NCBI RefSeq assembly: GCF_009834535.1
Contig: NC_045696.1
Location: 54,872,001-54,936,000, forward strand
DNA from: Camelus ferus
Lineage: Eukaryota
Length of the DNA: 64,000 nt
Direction: 5' to 3'
The translations under genes and the position numbers were made by a program. Position 1 is the first letter of the stretch; each line of letters opens with the position of its first letter. The notes beneath the pieces are model-generated. The model was not told the DNA's origin, did no database searches, and saw only the letters and a program-made list of their open reading frames with translations. Below, one piece after another: positions 27,075 through 40,330 of the stretch.

Positions 27075-27559
27075 TTCTTTGTTTCTTTGCTTCCCCAGAA
27101 TCGCTTCTCCTTTCTTTTGATAATAATAACTGCATCTTCTCTTGGTGAACCATTCCTTTCCCTGTCTTAGACCAGTATTCAAGTTGTACTGAATTTTTCA
27201 CCCTCTGGTTCCAAGAATGCTCAGACAACTTAGACATGGGCAGTCAGAGTGTGACATCTCCTGGCTACATGCATCATTTCTTGGGATTTTGCTAAATTCT
27301 CAGGAAAGCGGCGTGCTGTCTTTCTCTAAGGCGCATGCTAGCCTGGAGTCCCTGGGAGTCTTACTGGCTAACGTATGGAGAAGGCCTGCCGAGCAAATCT
27401 GAGGAGTGGAGAGAGAGTGAGGCCTGAAAACACCATTTGGCCTAAAGGCAGATGGACTGCAAATTTTTTCAGCAGTAAATTTAATTTATTATGTTTTTAA
27501 CTTGAACTAGCTGAGCTGGATTTCTCTAATTTCAATCTGAAAGAGTCATAGCTAGAACA
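27075..27559 (+). mobile_element. MLT1K/L-like MaLR solo LTR
   Basis: Ends CTAGCTGAGCTGGATTTCTCTAATTTCAATCTGAAAGAGTCATAGCTAGAACA, matching old MLT1 3' termini. Confidence 0.65.
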
Positions 27560-27644
27560 TGTCATGAAGCAAACATAATTTTTTTCATATAACTGCATCT
27601 TTGGAAGTTTAAATAAGTCCTAAAACTATGAAACTAGGAAGGGA

Positions 27645-27900
27645 CTTAGGCCAAATTAGAAAGCAAGGCATAAAGCAGGAGAAGAAAGAAGTAAAACTGT
27701 CTTTATTCACAGATGACATAATCATGTACACAGGAACTGTAAGGAATTTTTAAAATAGCTATTAATATTAAGAAGTAAATTAGGCAAAACTGCAGAAAAT
27801 AAAGTCATTTTACAGCTGTTTTCTACATAATAGCCACAAATAATCAGAGAGCTAAATTTAAAATGGCCACTTATAATCACATCTAAAACATGAAATATTT
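27645..27900 (+). mobile_element. L1 ORF2 reverse-transcriptase fragment
   Basis: AAAGAAGTAAAACTGTCTTTATTCACAGATGACATAATC translates to KEVKLSLFTDDII (FADD motif region). Confidence 0.8.
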
Positions 27901-28095
27901 ATATAATTTTATCTTTTTTCAAATTTTGAGGTTTCAGAGTTTTCTGTGTTCTATTTCTTTCTTCATCCAAGGATTATTTAAACCATGTTTCTTAATTTCA
28001 TAGTAGTTCAGTTTTTTGCAATCTTTTCATTAGTCTATAGTATTTTTTTTAATGGAAGTTTTAACCCTCTGATTTCATTTTACAAACTACTAAGG

Positions 28096-28282
28096 CAGTG
28101 GTTCTCAAACTTTAGGGCACGTTAAAATCACCTGGAAGACTTTCTAAAACACAGATTGCTGGACCTCATTCCAAAATTTCTGTTTCCGTAGCTGTAGGGG
28201 GTAGGCCATCAGGATTTCTAACTAGTTTCTAGGTGATGCTGACCCTACGACTGGTTCAGGGGCCACATTCTGAAAAACACTG
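28096..28282. mobile_element. MER5A hAT-Charlie MITE
   Basis: TIRs CAGTGGTTCTCAAA ... TCTGAAAAACACTG; internal AATCACCTGGAAGAC. Confidence 0.9.
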
Positions 28283-31099
28283 CACTGAAAGATCAATATA
28301 CAGAGTCTAAAATTTGAAAAATAGTGATAAAAATTAAAATAAAATAAACTTTCAGTAAAGGCTCAGACATAGGTATTCAGTACCTTTTTCAAGGTCACAC
28401 ATTTAAAAATGACAGATCAGTATCTCCTGACCCCCAGAAAAGTAATGACTGAACCGCATCAAGCCATCTCCTTTGGTTTAATGTAAGACCAAAGATTCTA
28501 GCAGTCAGATCTATTTAAGAGTGGAAAGGGCTAAAAGTTCCAGTCATGCAGAGATTAGAGAACCAATTAAAAGAGATGATTATGAGGACTTTCATACACT
28601 GGACTAGAGGCTAATCTGAACTACTTCTGAGATTTGAGACCTTACAATTCTAAGAATGCAAAGGTGAATAAAACTAATGGAGGTAGTTCATGAAAAAAGA
28701 GAGTAATTACTGGACTTTGCAGGAAGAAGGACTAAGTATGAATAGTTGCTTTGGAGTTACTAGAGTTGAAAAAACTATCGATAATAAATTGATCAAATCA
28801 AGAAAAGACTAAATCAAGGGAGAAGACTTGAGGTTAATATGGCATTTAGGGTTTTTAAATGCAATAATTCAATTAGCAAGTACAAAACTCAAGAAATATG
28901 ACGAATAAAAAAGACACCATGACCTACAAAGCTGGCACAATGCAAACTTTTCTGCTGCTGATTACAATCTGGATCCACAAGTTAAATTTTTTGATGAGGG
29001 TAATAATTAGAAGTGGCAAAACTGGAGTTCATTGCACTTAGATAACTTACCTAATATCAGTATATCCAGTAAGCCTCATAGCTACTTATTCCACTTTGGG
29101 AAACTAAAATGACTTTGTTCACTCTGCCATAAACGCATAGTTGGATCTACCTCCTGAGTGGCCATCTACGTTGTCATGCAAAGCGGGACCTTTTGTTAGT
29201 GAAATAGCCTATTACTAACAGCAATTCTGAGGAAGGAGAGTGGGGAGCTTTTTGCCTAGGATTGGGTTCTATATCCCCAGAAGACAATCCAGAAGAAAAG
29301 GCAGTTGCTGGTGGAGACACAGCCACAACTGCCATATCACTCTGTTTTGAGACCCATCCTCTAAGCTACTCAAATGTACCTGAACGCAGCACAATCAGAA
29401 TTTTACTTTTAACACTCACATACATTTGTTCTCTTGCACTCCAAAAACTGCATCATCATTTTTCTCTTTTCACATGCCTGAAACCTACTTACCCATTTTT
29501 ACTTCCTATGCTTTTTAGGTCATTTGCCACAGTCATTTTGAAATATTCTCCTTCATTGCCTGCCAGCTGGAACTGTCCTTCAATGTCTAACCCTTCAGAT
29601 CTCTATTTCTTTGTGAAATACATTGCATAGTATAATTAAGGTGGGTTCTGTTCTGCTGTGAGTTGTCTAACATTTTGCTTTGTGCCTGAGAGAGCTATTT
29701 ATTTTAGTGGCCACAGAATCTTTGGGAATTGGTAGCTCCCAATGAGGGTCAGTAGGCAGCATGAGGAACAGATGACAGCCTGCAGTACCTCCTTCGCATT
29801 TCTGTAAAGAGATCTGACATTTACAAAGTACTGCATGTTGCCTTTCCCCACAAATCTCTGAAGACTTCATCAAAATAAAAGGCTTAATGATTATTCTTTC
29901 ACATTTGATATGCTTCTAAAAGTGCAAGATAAACTATTCTTGATTAAACTGAAGGAGGTCTTACCATTGGCAGATATGGTGAAAGCATCTCTAAGACTAT
30001 CTGAATGCAGGAATAAGAAATGTTAGAAAATCCTTTCCTAGAAACTGCAGTGCCAATTCTGGAGCTGAGAATTGCTGTTCACGGTAAGACTTTGTGTTCT
30101 GAAGAACCAATATCCCTCTTCCTACAGTACTCTTAAATTTAGATCTGGTAGTTTAAGTACCTAAGAGTTAATTATTCTTCCATTTTCACTGTTTGTGAAA
30201 GAAATTTGAAAGCAAAGTGAAATTCATTCTCAAATAACAGAGATAAACTTCCTTTAATGATAGAGAACACAATAAACTAAAGAGTCAAACAAATCCCACA
30301 AGTTAATCTACCCTTGGATCTTTTAACTAGCATATAAAAACCTACTTGCATTAATAAGAAATGATTTAACTTTATTAACACTGCTTTCTTTTAAATTTTA
30401 TGGTCTAAATACAGATTTCCAAATAAGAAATTTTCTGTAATATTTCCTTCATGCAGAATTTAAGAAAGTACCTGAATTAACTAATTTCTTCTATAGTCAA
30501 TTATTTAAGTGGGGAAAAAGTTAATCAATAAAAAGTAAAAGGCTCTTTAGTGACATTTTATAGTAAAACCCAAGGACATTTGTGATGTGAATCAAGTCCC
30601 ATTGCTCCCTCAGGGTCACATACAAAGGACAGAAAAGCTGGCTACATAAATCAGGCCTGGATTTGGTAGGACAGGGAAGAAATGACTCCAAGTCCATACA
30701 CAGGAGAAAGAGCCATTTCCAAAGAATATTTGTCCAAGTGGATATTGCCACAAAGAGTTGAAGGGAAAGAAAGGTGACTCCTTCATTTTCTTCTCTTCTC
30801 CTACTCTTTGTCCCAGTCAGTCTCCATCTAAACAACGTCTTTGCCAGGGTAGGGTCAGGAAAAATGCAGAATATGAGCACTTTTTTTAAAAAATGGCTCT
30901 CGATAAACCCCGTAAGTCACATATTCTATTTAAATTGCTACATTCTCAAAAATTTCATGGAATTCCTGAATTTTATACATTATTATGGACTATATCTCAC
31001 CTACAAAAACATGTACAACGGATAATTAGTTTAGAATAAAACAGCACTAAACATTTGGTTGATCATTTCCTCATGATTATATTTAGTTTAAAAATCTTT

Positions 31100-31500
31100 T
31101 AAGAAATATTACATAGGCGTTACTGTGTGCACATCTAGTACATCACATTAATAGGCACATGATGTCAGGCTACACAATTATTAGTGACAAGTTTAATTAT
31201 TTGGTTAAGGTGGTGCCCACTACATTTTTCCAATGTAAGAGAACCTCTCTACTTCACAATTAATAACTAATGTGAGGGTAATAGCTGGAAACTCTGTAAG
31301 TATCTTGTTCCCCAACAACATTTCACTCAATGATTTTAGCATCCATTGATGATTCTTGCTTTATTCAGTTATTACCCGTCTGTTTATAAAGTGGTGATTT
31401 TTCTATTCCTATTGTTTCTACTGAATTTAGTAGTAGAATCCTTTTGTAAAAAAGAGCATTTTCCTTTTCCACTCCACCCCTTTAAATTTGTTTAATTGTA
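31100..31500 (-). mobile_element. L1MC4/5-like 3' fragment
   Basis: TTGGTTAAGGTGGTG...GATTTTAGCATCCATTGATGATTCTTGC motifs. Confidence 0.7.
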
Positions 31501-31539
31501 AAACATTCATATGTGAATCAAGATAAAACAGCCAAAGCT

Positions 31540-32510
31540 ATAAAAATGTTCTACAAAGTAGAACTGAAGGCAATAATAGACAAAAAAAGTCATATTTCTT
31601 AAAGGTAAAAGAGTAAATTCACTGGGAATATTCAACAATTATAAATGTGTATGCATCTAATAACATAGTCTCAACATATATAATGCCAAAACTCACAGAC
31701 CTAAAAAGAGAAATGTACAAACCCACAACCACTATAGATAACTAACTGACAGAATAAGCAGACAAAATATAAGTAAAGATAAAGATCTGATAACACCATG
31801 GCACATTGGATTTAATTTAAACAAGTGAATTTAATTTGACCTAATATACTGATCAAATGTAGAAGATAGGTTATTTTGAAGTACACCTAAAACATTTAAC
31901 AAAATTGGGCAATATACTAGGTTACCATTCAACAGATCTCAAAAAAACCTCAATAAACGTCAAAGAACTAGTCATACCAATTGTATTATCTGATCATAAT
32001 GGAATTAAATCAGATATGAATAACATAAATACAACTAGGAAATTCCTAAATGCTCAAAGTTTTAAAAATCACTTTTTAAAAACCCACTAAGCCTAAGAAA
32101 AGCATACGTTAGAAAACAAGAAAAACTGAAAATCAATGAGCTAAGTATCCATTTCAAGGAGTTAAAGAAAGAATATTTTAAAAATCCTAAGTAAAATTGA
32201 AAAAAGGAAATAAGAACTGAAATGCATTAAATAAAAAATCAAAGAGAAAAGCAATAATGTCCAATGTTTATTCTTTAAAATGACTGAAAATTTATATAAC
32301 CCTAACAACACAAAACAGTATACAAATGGCTAATACAAAGAATGAAAAGGGGTGATCACAAGTACATGCTTTAGCTACTAGAAAGATAAGAGGAAATTTG
32401 AATAATTTTATACCAAAGGATGTGAAAACATATGTGAAATGGACAAAATCCTCATAAAAACAAAATATCAAACTTACATGAGAATAACAAAAAATCAGAA
32501 AAAAGTACAT
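31540..32510 (+). mobile_element. Old L1M ORF2 (endonuclease/linker) fragment
   Basis: ACAATTATAAATGTGTATGCATCTAATAAC (TIINVYASNN) and LSDHNGIK in ORF 31905..32090. Confidence 0.8.
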
Positions 32511-32529
32511 ATTTAGATACTAATATGTA

Positions 32530-33172
32530 TTCATATACATTCTTTTTGGAGGGTGCACTCAAGAAAAGAGCAATGAAAAAACTAAGGCAGAGTAGAAAAG
32601 GCTATGTGAGACCATGGTCTCGGTTGAGACTTGCTTCACCTAGGTCCCACAAAGAAGTTCTGACACGGAAACGCCACCACATAATCTCGCCTTGAGTTAA
32701 GGGGGGGCTGACCTTTTGTACTTGTGTCACTTAGTTACTGGCTGAAGTCTGTCCCAAGGGGAATGGGATGGAAGTGGCTTACATGGAGCTGAGAGCAATC
32801 CTCTAGCAGCTGTAAATAGCTACCAGCCAATCACAGCAGGCTGGGGATGGGTATACCAGCCAATAAAGGGGATCTGAATGGGGCATCTATCCATCCACCG
32901 TGGTCCTCCCTACCCTGCACCACTGAGATTCAGTTGTTTATCACAGTGGGGTCATCCTATATAGTCAGAGCTTCTTCAGGATTCTGCTTTATGGAAATAT
33001 TACAAGAGAAAAATGAGCAGGACAAATTACAGCTCCAGTGCTGTAGCTGGTCCTGAAGCCATAACTGATCACCATCATCCCTCTCTTCTGCTGCCCATTC
33101 TAGAGTTCTCTGAACTTTGGTCACAGTTTCTGCTGATCTGAATAGCTTGACTGGTAGGTTGACCCAGATCAG
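32530..33172 (-). mobile_element. LTR16-family LTR (~32530-32900) plus 3' end of an ERVL internal region (32900-33172)
   Basis: Reverse complement GATGCCCCATTCAGATCCCCTTTATTGGCTGGTATACCCATCCCCAGCCTGCTGTG resembles LTR16; the adjacent GCTGGTCCTGAAGCCATAACTGA...CCCATTCTAGAGTTC is ERVL-int-like. Confidence 0.7.
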
Positions 33173-33177
33173 TAAGT

Positions 33178-33360
33178 TCCCCAGGGAATCTGGCAATCTC
33201 TGGAGACATTTCTTGTTGTCAAATCTGGAGAAGGTGTTACTGCTTTCTAGTGGGTAGAGGCCAGGGATGCTGCTAAACATCCTACAACGCATAGGACAGC
33301 TCTTCTCAACAAAACACTAGCCAGTCTAAATGTCAATGATGCTGAGGTTGAGAAACCCTG
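33178..33360. mobile_element. MER20 hAT-Charlie MITE, one end truncated
   Basis: TGGCAATCTCTGGAGACATT...TAGTGGGTAGAGGCCAGGGATGCTGCTAAACATCCTACAA...GAGGTTGAGAAACCCTG. Confidence 0.92.
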
Positions 33361-33539
33361 CCTTAAAAGATTCAGTGAAAATTCGCATCGGTTTCGGGTG
33401 TTTTAAGGTCTCCTTTCTGTGCAATATGCCAGTGACTTGGCTTTCTGAAGAAAAGCAACTTTAGAAGCATTCACCCCAGACCATTTTCCCCAGATGTCCC
33501 CTTCCTTCAAGTAAAATCCCACTGGAGAGTGAATCAGGA

Positions 33540-33690
33540 GAATTAGCCATTAGAAATGGCTCTTCTACCAACTGATTCTGTGTCCTTAGGCATGGCTCTT
33601 CAACTCTAGGCTTAGATTTTTCTCATTTATAAAAAGAGGTGGAATTATCTGATGTTTACATGGTCCTTTCAGTTCTGACCTTCAGTTCTC
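33540..33690 (+). mobile_element. MIR3/MIRc fragment
   Basis: TGTGTCCTTAGGCA...TTTCTCATTTATAAAAAGAGG...GGTCCTTTCAGTTCTGAC. Confidence 0.6.
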
Positions 33691-34814
33691 TGTGGCTAAA
33701 TACTTCTTGGACGAGGGAGATTAACATTGAAAAATCAGAATCATTTCTTTGCACCTTAGCCTGACTTTGTTCATCAGCTCCTTTTATAACAGACAGCTGC
33801 ACAGGACAGCAAATAATAGTAGGTGTTGTGGGAGGGGAGGGCATACCCTAATCAACTGGAAAACAGCTGGACAGAAAACTTATGAAGGGAGGGGAAAACA
33901 ATGAACTTGAAGGCAAGAAGCTCAAGAAAGTCAAACCACATTTAATCTGGGGCTGATCTGGTAACCACTGCAACCACAACAGCAATCACTGACACAGAGC
34001 TCTATAAACATCAGACATTTTAGCCCTATAGCAGCCTGAGATATAAAGTGCTGTCTTAATTATCCCCATATTACACACAAAGATCCTGAAGCTAAAGAAC
34101 ACAGGAGGATGCTTAAATAAGAGACAGAGTCAGAACTTAAATTCACTTCTTCTGATGCTAAATCCTTCAGAATATGAGAAGAAAATTGGACTGAGAGTCT
34201 GGGGACCTTGACTTGAGAGTAGTTCTGGCCTTCTCCAAATATTTAATAGCTTGTTTCTTTATATCAAAATTATTTGATTACAGTGCTGGGGGAGGCTGCT
34301 CCATCTTCTCTGCACTCATTAATTACATCCCCCTGAGCTTGAAAGGGGTGATTCACTTTCAGCATTTCTAAAAAATAAATAAATAAAGTCTTGCCAAAAC
34401 ACAAACATTAGTTCTGCCACATTATTCTTCAGGTCCATAGGCCATGTCTCAAAAACCTAGGAGAATAATGCTCATAAATTAACTCTGGCTGTGAAAGGTT
34501 TTGAAAAAAAAAATGATGTTCTCATAAAAGCCTTAGAAAGCATGGGTTTTCTGTCAGTATACTCGTATGACCCTTACTGTGTGCTAATTACCAGTTATTT
34601 TTAAAGTTTTTTTATATTGAGTTTCACCACACAGCAGCTTAAAGAGAGATTCTTGGAAAATATCCTGCATTTCTGTCTGCAAACCCTTGTAAAATTCTAT
34701 TACATATTTAATTATTGTTATAAATATGGTTTAAAGTTCACCCAAACTAAAGACACAAAAGTTTGGGGGGGTGTCAAAATTTTGTCTTGGTTCATTGCAG
34801 GTGTTACATATCTG

Positions 34815-34863
34815 TATCATATCTATATCTATATCTGTATCTATATCTATATCTATATCTATC
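34815..34863. repeat. (ATCTAT)n microsatellite
   Basis: Tandem ATCTAT hexamers with one variant unit. Confidence 0.9.
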
Positions 34864-34874
34864 AATGTTTGAGC

Positions 34875-37800
34875 TGTGGAGTCAAACAAGTCTAGTTTGA
34901 TTCCTCTAATAGATACTTCCTGGCCTCACTGTGTATCTTTATGGCCACTCCTGATTCTAACCATGGCTGCAAGACATTTTTCCAGGTAGGATTTGACTCA
35001 TTTGGCACTTCCAGCATTTCACCTCCATGACATTCTATGCATCTTTGCTTATTTCCCCATGACTCTGCCAGTACCAAAGCACGAGCCTGCAGTGGGGACC
35101 TGTTTGGCACAACTCATGTACAGCTGCAAAATGTGGGGGTATTGCCTCTGGGATAATGCTCATCAATCAGGGATGAGAGCCAATGGATGAGTACTCTTCA
35201 CTGGCAGTCCTCAGAGCCAGAATTCAGTGAGGTATATCATACGACTTCAGAAGATTCCAGTAGGACTAAACTCTAGTTTTATGACTCAACAATGCTCAGT
35301 AATGCTCTCTTTTCGTCTTTCCCTATTAAATTCTGTGCAGTTACTTGCTTCTATTTCCTAAATCACTTCCCAGATAAACTACCTGCTTATAAGTCTTTGG
35401 GTAGAGCCCAGTCTAAGGCAATTGATACTATAATTAGCCCTAGAGATTAGACCTTCAGGATGAAATTCTGAACCTGAATCACTCACCATTGCTGGTGACT
35501 CGTCACATGGTAATAACACCAGGTATGCTGTAACATCAAAATTAGAAAAACTGTCACTTACTTACGATAAGTGAGGGTGAAGTCTACGGTAATGCGGGCT
35601 ATTGGTCAGAATAGGTGGCAGATGGAGGCAATGGTAACAATGAAAAAAGAAAACGATCAGTGTAGTAATCCAACTATCAAGTCAGAGTGAGCTATGAAAA
35701 CCATAAAGGCTTCCACAGAAGGACTGAAAGAAAATCTTCTCCTGTAACAACAGAGTAGCCTGTGCTGAAGGTTAGACCCCAGATTTTTTTTTTTAAGAGT
35801 GAGAGAATTTCTAAGGAGACTAAAGTATCACCTCAACCTGACTCATACTCTAAAGGAGTCCTGATAGAGGAGATACCTGGAATGGGAATATCTGGGTGGA
35901 CTAGCCTAAGAAAGTTTAACTCCCAAATTGTCCTAAATCCTCTAGGCCAGCAGAAGAAAATCCCCCCTCCCCTCACAGATGACAGCAGCCTCCCCTGGCC
36001 TGAAGACTATGCAGAGAACTCATCCGAGGCAAATGCCTAGTAAGATTGTCTGCCTTCCTCAAGACCCAGCACACCTCTTCTCATTCCCATAGATCAAAAG
36101 TAGAATCAGATCTCACCAAAACCCAAGCAAGGAAACAGTGTCTTCTCTGGAAGATAATAGCTTCTTTACTAAAAGAATTGCAGATTTTGGTAAATATGTA
36201 CAATGAATCATAAGGGTTCCCCTTGGATCAAAGGGCAGGATATAAGACTGGATGAAGAGAAGTTATTCACATAGATGCACTCTCCTGTGACACAGGATTC
36301 AACATTCTGGCCTGAATACCTACAACCAATTCTAATACACTGCTGGAATGGCTCCTTAAAGCTCTGATTTTCTGATAGTCTACAGTAATTAAAGTCAGAT
36401 GTGGGAATTACTACGGAAATTTTAATCAACTTTACTGAGGTACAATTTAAACACACTTAATACACACATTTTAAGTATGTAGTTCAGGGAGTTTTGATAA
36501 ATGCAGACACCCACGTCCACCCTAATCAATATAAAAAAAATTTTGCATCATTACAAAACGTTCTCTTATGCCCTTTGCAGTAAATTATCCTTACTCTACT
36601 TCAGTCAACTGCAGATCTTATATCTCTATAGATCTATTTCCCCTGTTCTAGAACCGTATACGAACAGAATCATACACGTCTTAAAGTTTCAACCACGTTA
36701 TCACATGCAACAGTAGCTCATGCCTTTTTATTGCTATGATCTCATTTTTGAAACATATCCCAATTCGTTTATACATTCACCTGCTGATGGATAGTGGACT
36801 GTTTCCAGCTCTGAGCTAACTTGAACAAGCCGCTAAGAACATTCCTGTCAAGTCTTTACATGGAATTATACCTTTATTTCTCTTGGGTAAAATACTTAGG
36901 AGTGGACTTACTGGGCTATATAGGAATAGCTATATGATTTTTTATAATAAACTCTGTTCTCCAAAGTAGTGGTATCACTTTACAGTCCCACCAAGAATGT
37001 ATGATCATTCAAGTTGCTCCTTATCCTCACCAACTTGGCATGGTCGGTCTTTTTCATTTTTAAGGTCTTAATTTTAACTATTCTAATGAGTATGACATGA
37101 TATCTTAATGTGGTTTTAATTTGCAGTTCTCTAATGATAGGGACTCTGGATGGCTGAACATCTTTCATGTGCTTATTGGCCATTTGTGCATCTTAATTTG
37201 TGAATGTCTGATAGAATCTTTCACCTACGCTGAAAATTGTGTTGTTTGTTTTCATATCACTGAAGAGTTCCTGGGCTTTGCTAAGGTAGATCTAAAGTAG
37301 TTCTTATTCTTCAGTGTAATTTTTATTCCTAAAGCATCCTTTCTACTGTCCCAACTAGATGCTGGAGTTGGTAAGGAGATGCTAATGAGGTCTTTCCACT
37401 CTGGCTAGGCTGAACTTCCAATGACCCTAGCACATTTGATCTTGATCTATACTATCTCTGTTCTCTACACCCTGTAGGTGCTATTCTCTGGTGAAAATCT
37501 AGTAGCCTTGACCTACTGCAATGTGGAAAATTGCTTTCATGGAATGGTAGCCTCTAAATTTACTACCAAGTTATCTCACCCACAGGTCATGGAAAAGAAG
37601 GGCTCACAGGACACATTTAAATGGTTTATTAAATTATTTTAGAACACATAGCAAGAGGCAAGGGCGTGAGGTCAGACAACTTAATATTTTTAGGATATGT
37701 TACAAGTGGACAGAAGGACCACACCACTTAAGTCCTGAATTATGTAATGTTTACTTATCCTGTCTCCCTCTCTCAGCTATACTAGCCTTCTTGCTGATGG

Positions 37801-40140
37801 TATGGTTAGAAGGTCCAGAATTAAAGTTAGATCAAGGGGGTTCACAGACAGAAGGTGTCCTGGGCCAATAAATCATGCTTGGTCTATCAGAAAGATGCAG
37901 GGACAAGTACTGGCCAGAGCAGGATGCTGTCAGTTAGAGTGTTGAACGACCATGGGTTTTATCTGCATCTCTTCCATAGAGTACACATGGAGCTGTCGTT
38001 CAGAGAAGACATAATTGTGACTTGCTCTTTCCATCCATATCTACAACTAGTACTCATAGTTGTTTCATCATCTTGGCTATTTATTCTATCTTCAGTATTT
38101 CTTATGGATTACTAACTCATTTCTGATCTGTATTATAAATGTCTCACAAAATTTGCCTATGTCACACAGGCTCCTTGTTTACTAATTATCTATGTTTAAC
38201 ATATCCTATGAGCTTTACCTATGCATCATAAGCTCCCAGCTTACTGTTTATGTTAATCACTTACAGGTTTCACCATCTCATTAATCACCCTGTTCTCTAT
38301 GGCAGATTGAACATTCTCAAACAATACAGTATACTCACATTCATCTGTCATGTGCAACACAATCCTCAGCAAAGCACTCACCAAGTCTCCTAGCCAGAGC
38401 CCACTGACTGAAGGAGAGATTAGGTCCCCTTGAAGAAGGCCTTGGAATGCTATATATATTTATTTTTTCCTTTTTTCACCTACTCCTTCCCCTCCAAAGC
38501 ACTGATAGTCATTTACCAGAGTAACTGCATATTAGGGAATGGGGTCTACCCAAACACTTTGAGAGCTATTGGAAATAAGGACTGAGCTAACATTAATACA
38601 AGGGGAATAATGTCAGTTAGAGGGTTAATGGAGGGCAAGTGATTAATGGGGTGTAACAATACGTACAAACCAGCCTTGCCCACATAAAGTAGTTAGGGTA
38701 ATAGAATAATGGAATGGCCTATTAAAGGCTCAGCTAAGGTACCATCTCAGAGTCAATATCTTCAGGTTTTGATAACTCTGTCCTCTAGGAAGAAGTGTAT
38801 AAAGTAAACCAATAACTATCATACGGTGATTCATCCCCCAATAGCTAGTATAAATACTTGGTCCTGAAAACCAGAGAGTGGAAGATTGGCACTTATCATC
38901 ACCAATTTTAATGATCCCCTTGAGAAATTTACCTTTCTCATTTCTAAAACACTAGAGTCTGATGGATTAAAGGTCCTGGTTTGCAGAGGTGGGTAATATC
39001 CACTAGGGGACACAATAAGGGTTCCAGTAAATAAATGCTATAAATACCACCTGGTATCAGGGGCTGGAGGATAAGAAAGATGTTAGTATAGTTGTGAGAA
39101 ATCGATCCTGATTACCACAGGGAGCAAAGTTTTCTCCTCCATAATAGGAATATGGAGGAATATGTCTGGGACTGAAGAAAATACTTGGGACTTTTATTTT
39201 TGTGCTCCCAGGTCTGGTGATAAGTGAATGCACATTTGCAGCAAACATAGTCCAATAAAGCTCAGATGCTGATGAAGGGATGAAGATCTGGGTTACTCCA
39301 CCAGGAAAGCATCCCAGACTAGCTGAAGGGTTAACTGAGGACAGGGGAATATAGAAAGAGTGGTGGGAGAAGGAAAGGTAAGTATTAGTTCTGGCCTTGG
39401 GACCAGTAGCAAGTAGTCTGTTCCACTCATCATTAAATATTAAGTCTTTCCTTAAAATTAATTGATTTTATTAGGGATAATTTAAATATAACAGTACATT
39501 ATTTTAGGTGAATTCTTTTGCAAATGCAGTTAGCCACTAGCTAAAAAAAGTCATGATGTAGGTTTTAATGCAAAGAATAAGCAGTTCTTAGTAGTGCTCG
39601 ATGTAAACTTATTAAATGTATCCTGTGTCTGGCCTCACCTCCTCTCAACTTCATCTCTGATTCCAACCCAAGCAAGATAAACAAATTCTATGTGAGTTTG
39701 ACTTGTTCCTCCACCTTTTTCTCTTTGACTCGGCCTTTCTCCAATGTTAAATATGGGAATCTAGTTGAAACACAACAGCATGAAGTTGTACAGTCCAGAA
39801 GAGAAAGTGTGTGTGTGTGTGCGTGTGCGTGTGCGTGTGCCAATGGCAGGGATTAAAAGTCCCTGGGTAACACTCAATGAGGAGTGATGAGAGCCACTGG
39901 GTCAGTGTTTGCCCCCATCAAGTCTTTGGTGGGCAATTCTGAGAAATGCTTGGCTGGCTCTCTCCTTTTAGAAGGTCCTGGTGTGGTCCAGCTTCACTAT
40001 GGCATTGACCATCTTGATATCATGCTCTTAAATTGACTTTTCATCTTTCTCAGTTTCATTTTCCCAGTCTCTCATTCTTGAGCCTCATAGTCATTACCCT
40101 GAAATCTGCTTCACCTAGAGGAGGAAAGTTAGATAAGATA
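34875..40140 (+). mobile_element. ERVL-class provirus with LTR33-like LTRs (34875-35420 and 39602-40140) and a deleted internal region, carrying nested insertions
   Basis: LTRs share GATGAGAGCCA(A/C)TGG and AATTC(A/T)G motifs; decayed protease SFTRVTAY*GMGSTQTL*ELLEIRTELTLIQG...GGQVINGV at 38509-38653; integrase IE*WNGLLKAQL at 38701. Confidence 0.75.
36420..37270 (-). mobile_element. L1ME/L1MD 3' fragment nested in the ERVL
   Basis: TTTACTGAGGTACAATTTA 3' end; ORF 36980..37183 (-) MANKHMK...IIRELQIKTTLRYH. Confidence 0.85.
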
Positions 40141-40149
40141 AATACCATC

Positions 40150-40330
40150 CCTGTAACCTCCTTATTGTGTGATGGTGAGAAAATCACTTTCTCTTTGTCT
40201 TACGTGTCTTAATGACACAATGGTAATGTTAATGGCACACAATAGTTATGAGAATTAAGTGACAAAGTATAATGACTGACACATAAAACAAAATAAATAT
40301 TGGCTATTTTTATTACTATTATTATTGTTA
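40150..40330 (+). mobile_element. MIR fragment
   Basis: GTTATGAGAATTAAGTGA...CTGACACATAA...AATAAATATTGGCTATTTTTATTACTATT tail. Confidence 0.6.

Noticed and set aside
26800..27237. 145-aa minus-strand ORF, the longest in the track
   Set aside because: Starts at a non-ATG codon inside an MLT1 LTR, with no recognisable homology or exon structure.
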